Part shown: positions 60,659 through 64,000 of the stretch, piece by piece
How positions within the stretch are numbered: position 1 is the stretch's first letter
Layout: each line of letters opens with the position of its first letter
From: Lepidodermella squamata
Lineage: Eukaryota > Animalia > Gastrotricha
Length of the DNA: 64,000 nt
Reading direction: 5' to 3'
Assembly: GCA_047495785.1 (NCBI GenBank)
Contig: JBLDXI010000016.1
Span: 124,001-188,000, forward strand
Program-made: the position numbers and the translations under genes
Notes under the pieces: generated by a model
Databases searched by the model: none
What the model was told of the DNA's origin: nothing
The model's input: the letters and a program-made list of their open reading frames with translations, nothing else

Positions 60659-62568
60659 ATCACCACCACGGCGAGAATGAGACATATAATTTCCAGTTAG
60701 ATCCAGTCGAACTGCCTTAAGTAAAGTTTTTGCGACGCTTGTTGTCTCAAACAATAAAAACGAGCCCAGGTCCTAGGGTTTAAAACAAATAAGTCTGAAA
60801 ATCTTTCTGAACTTCACTTTCTAACGAACAATTAAAAATAATTGTTTTCAGCCATCAAAATTTATGTAGAATTTGCGGTCAACGTGGGCGGTGATTTCGT
60901 TTCATGTTTGCTCATTCAATATCACGCTTGCACTAGGGCTCATTTAATGCCGATATGAATATAATGCTCAATGTGCATGAGGAATTATAATAAATATTAA
61001 TCGATTATTGCAAACGATTTCATGCATTTATCGTTCATTATATAAAACATGCAACAAGTGGTGAAAGGGGACTTATGGTTTCCTTTTTTATCATTATGTT
61101 CTTCACAATAGGTTGAGTAAGTAGATCGTGTTATCCCTTGCTTTGGAAAGTAGCCAGACCCCAGACGTTAACACAATTTCAGCGGATTTCAGAATCGGTT
61201 TTTCGTTTTGGCAAGTATTGTACAATGGTGAGGTCTGACTGTACCTCCTTTCCCTGCGGCGTGTCTCTTTTGAGAAACAACAAGCTGCTAGGGCAGCGGT
61301 TCCCAAGCAGTACAGGGTCGGCTGAGCGGGAATTCGATGCGCATCATTTTATTGAGGAGTTTCAAGAAATTGAGGAGTTCCATTGGCAAAGAATGCTTGA
61401 AACTCTTCAACTTCTTAAAACTTCTTTTTAAATTGATGCACAACGGATTCCCGCTTTGCGGACTTATTTGGCCACCCTGTAGTGTCCTATGACAGTGGCT
61501 TGTGCAGTGTAGAAGAGGACAATTTGCCGAAATGGGAATATAGGTAAGGGTCCCCCTCATATCGCTCAAGTTTCCGCAGGGGCCAAGGAAAATAACATAA
61601 GGGTCCCCCTGTGATTAGGCTTCGAGCCAGAGGGCTCGATGCAGAGAATGAATCGAAGTCGAAATGATTTTTAGCGAATATTTTTCATTTTGAAGAAAAT
61701 ATTGGCCAACAAAGTGTGTTCTCTGGGGCGGGTAATTCGTTTGCTCTATTGTGCGATTCTCGGCCACGGCAAAAAGTGACTGCGCTATGGAAATATCGCA
61801 GGTGAAATGGAAACTAAGCGTGTGAGCGAAGCGAGCATATTTTGCATGTTAGACATTGAAACAACCAGGTACAACTCCTCAAAAAGGAGACAATGGCTCG
61901 GGGCTTTCCCAGATATTCATTTTGGAGATTTAGTTCTCAGTTATGAAGTTTCGATTAATCATGTCGTCAGATAAAATCTGTAACGAGCTTGAATAACAAG
62001 GGACATCGATCAGTTTCAGATCAATTCTATCAATCAGAGATCAATGCTAAGTATCTCCTATCGCCTCTTGATCAGATATTTCCATGAAACAATAAAAAAC
62101 TAGACAACTCGCAAGCAATACGAGCTTTAAGTGAAAGTTTTTTCTATTTTCTCTGAAAATAGTTCAAAAATGCCTTGTTTCTTGATCTATTTGTAACATT
62201 TTTTCATTTTGAGGCCATAGGAAGACAAGAGACTTGGAAGTTGAGCTGTAAACCTCTGGCAGCATGTTGCTACATGATTCCAACAGTTACTGGCTTGGAA
62301 ATTAAGCGGAACTATGCTAGCTAGCAGAATCGGAAAAGGGAAAGCACAATTCTCCGTCAGACTATTGAGAAATTAAGCTGGCGTAATAGCAAAAAGGATT
62401 CGATCAAACTTCACACCTTTCACTTGTCAAATATTCCCGCAAAAACTACCAATTTATATTTTCCATAATTGCTCTATTGTCATAGGTAAGGCTAGCTCAT
62501 AACTCCTAGGACGATGCTCTCAGTTTATTTCACTTGGTCTTCGCAAAAAAGTCGAAAAAGACAACAAC

Positions 62569-63735
62569 TCAAAGCGAAACGTATCCAGTATCTCGAGCAA
62601 CCGAAATTGCATAGCCATTGATCGCCAAATAGAAAATAATTGTGATCACGAGAGCGATCATATCGACGAGTCTGCCTTTTGTCATACACGTTTTATCACT
62701 GTTCCTCCACAACGGAACTCGCTTTTGGAACCACGGCTTATAGGCCCGTGCGAAACCGCACGATGCCAGGGAATAGACGGTACTGCCCCACGAGAACAAT
62801 GAGCAGAGATCCGTGTAAGAACTCAGGAACACTCGTTGAGGCTTGGGCGGAATTCTAGTCAGGATACTGCCCTGTAGAAACGTCAACGCAAGAAGGATTG
62901 TCACAGTAAAAACAGGCCTATCGGGTATTTCCGGTAACAGGAAAAAGGCAGCGATTTCCAAGCTCGACAAGACCAAGGATGGTATCATCAAATTATATAT
63001 GAAAAATTCAGGCTTCCGGCGTAGGTAAAACGTAAAATGGGCGGCGCTTCGATTTCCGAATACGTTGACATAGCCATAGCTGTGATTCCAGCCGAGGTAC
63101 GTCCATTCCAAGCTAGGGCCCATGAACTGGCCGTCAACCGCCGATGAAGGAGATGGCACGAACATAACAGCATTCCGATTCGGCTGTAGTACGAACGAAA
63201 CTGTGCAATTTTGGGAGTCGAACGGGAACAGGCTGAAGTCCATCGGGCAAAGTGAGGTGAATACACCAACTCGCTGCCAATAAACCCCGATATTGTTGGT
63301 TACAAATGGGTCATGGTACAGCAGAGTTCGAGTCGTGAAGCCGTTCGACATTGAAAAGTCAGAAATAGCGTTCTTATGGTGGAAATGAGGCCGCCATAGC
63401 TGGTCGAGTTCAACTATTGCTGTGACGAAATCAGGCCGGGAATAATTCCCACAGATCGTTCGCCACTCGACTGAGATAGCTCCAGAGAACGTCATCGTTT
63501 CGTCAGAATCAACCACCGCGTGAAATCTATGGGGCAGTAGGCCGATTTCGATCTTTACCGGTATGCAATTTCGAAATAGTTTAGTGTCGCCCGATACACA
63601 GAGCGGAGCGTAATTGTTAGGTGATAGGTAGTCGCATGACGATAAAATGTCTTCGTGAATCCTCAGACTGTTGCAGGATTCAAATAGTAGAACCAAAACA
63701 AGAATGGTGCGCACAATTGTTTTTCTGGGGCTCAT
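62569..63735 (-). CDS. Intronless divergent Cys-loop channel subunit 4 (388 aa)
   Basis: Signal peptide; CPMDFSLFPFDSQNC; four TM segments. Confidence 0.93.
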   Translation of the reverse strand: MSPRKTIVRTILVLVLLFESCNSLRIHEDILSSCDYLSPNNYAPLCVSGDTKLFRNCIPVKIEIGLLPHRFHAVVDSDETMTFSGAISVEWRTICGNYSRPDFVTAIVELDQLWRPHFHHKNAISDFSMSNGFTTRTLLYHDPFVTNNIGVYWQRVGVFTSLCPMDFSLFPFDSQNCTVSFVLQPNRNAVMFVPSPSSAVDGQFMGPSLEWTYLGWNHSYGYVNVFGNRSAAHFTFYLRRKPEFFIYNLMIPSLVLSSLEIAAFFLLPEIPDRPVFTVTILLALTFLQGSILTRIPPKPQRVFLSSYTDLCSLFSWGSTVYSLASCGFARAYKPWFQKRVPLWRNSDKTCMTKGRLVDMIALVITIIFYLAINGYAISVARDTGYVSL

Positions 63736-64000
63736 TTTATCACAATATCGACAGAGACAAAATTACCAAATGTATACCATTGAGCTGGTTAATATTTAAT
63801 TATTCCTAATGAGCTCGATAGCTTTGAGCCCAAATGAATCCATATTCAAAATGTTTAATGATATGACATCGATGATGTGAAGATTAATTGTAAGATTTTA
63901 TTAAAACAACTTGTCAAGCTAATATTTGATTCCAGCTTTCATGATATCAGAATGAATCCATAGTAGACGCTCGATCATTTCTCTTCGCAATATTTGTTCA

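Noticed and set aside
55292-63735. Bacterial origin (GLIC/ELIC-like HGT or contamination) of the intronless channels
   Set aside because: They keep the disulfide Cys-loop typical of animal pLGICs and N-glycosylation sequons, and sit beside an intron-containing relative.

Overview
Genomic DNA from an invertebrate animal: spliceosomal GT-AG introns, many of them 47-61 nt, and metazoan gene families. The taxon cannot be fixed from sequence alone. The window is gene-dense and dominated by secreted and cell-surface genes. In order: the 3' part of a polycystin-1-like gene (REJ-GPS-PLAT-channel); an inactive trypsin-Sushi-ankyrin fusion gene; an active chymotrypsin-like protease between two identical divergent Kunitz genes; two paralogs of an unrecognised small secreted 2-Cys protein; a DM9-repeat protein; a GPI-anchored Ly6/Quiver-like protein; four divergent rhodopsin-class GPCR copies (one truncated, one mosaic) interleaved with IRG-type GTPase relics; a second inactive trypsin-Sushi protein; an ENPP; and five divergent Cys-loop channel subunits, four of them intronless. 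Intergenic DNA carries many non-autonomous elements (hAT-, Harbinger- and piggyBac-like MITEs, foldbacks, a solo LTR), several with clean target-site duplications. The best candidates for undescribed biology are the intronless pLGIC array that lacks the ACh-binding signature (possible chemosensory receptors), the apparently secreted ankyrin-repeat pseudo-protease, the unrecognised secreted protein pair and the protease/Kunitz sandwich. All exon boundaries were read by eye and no database searches were run.
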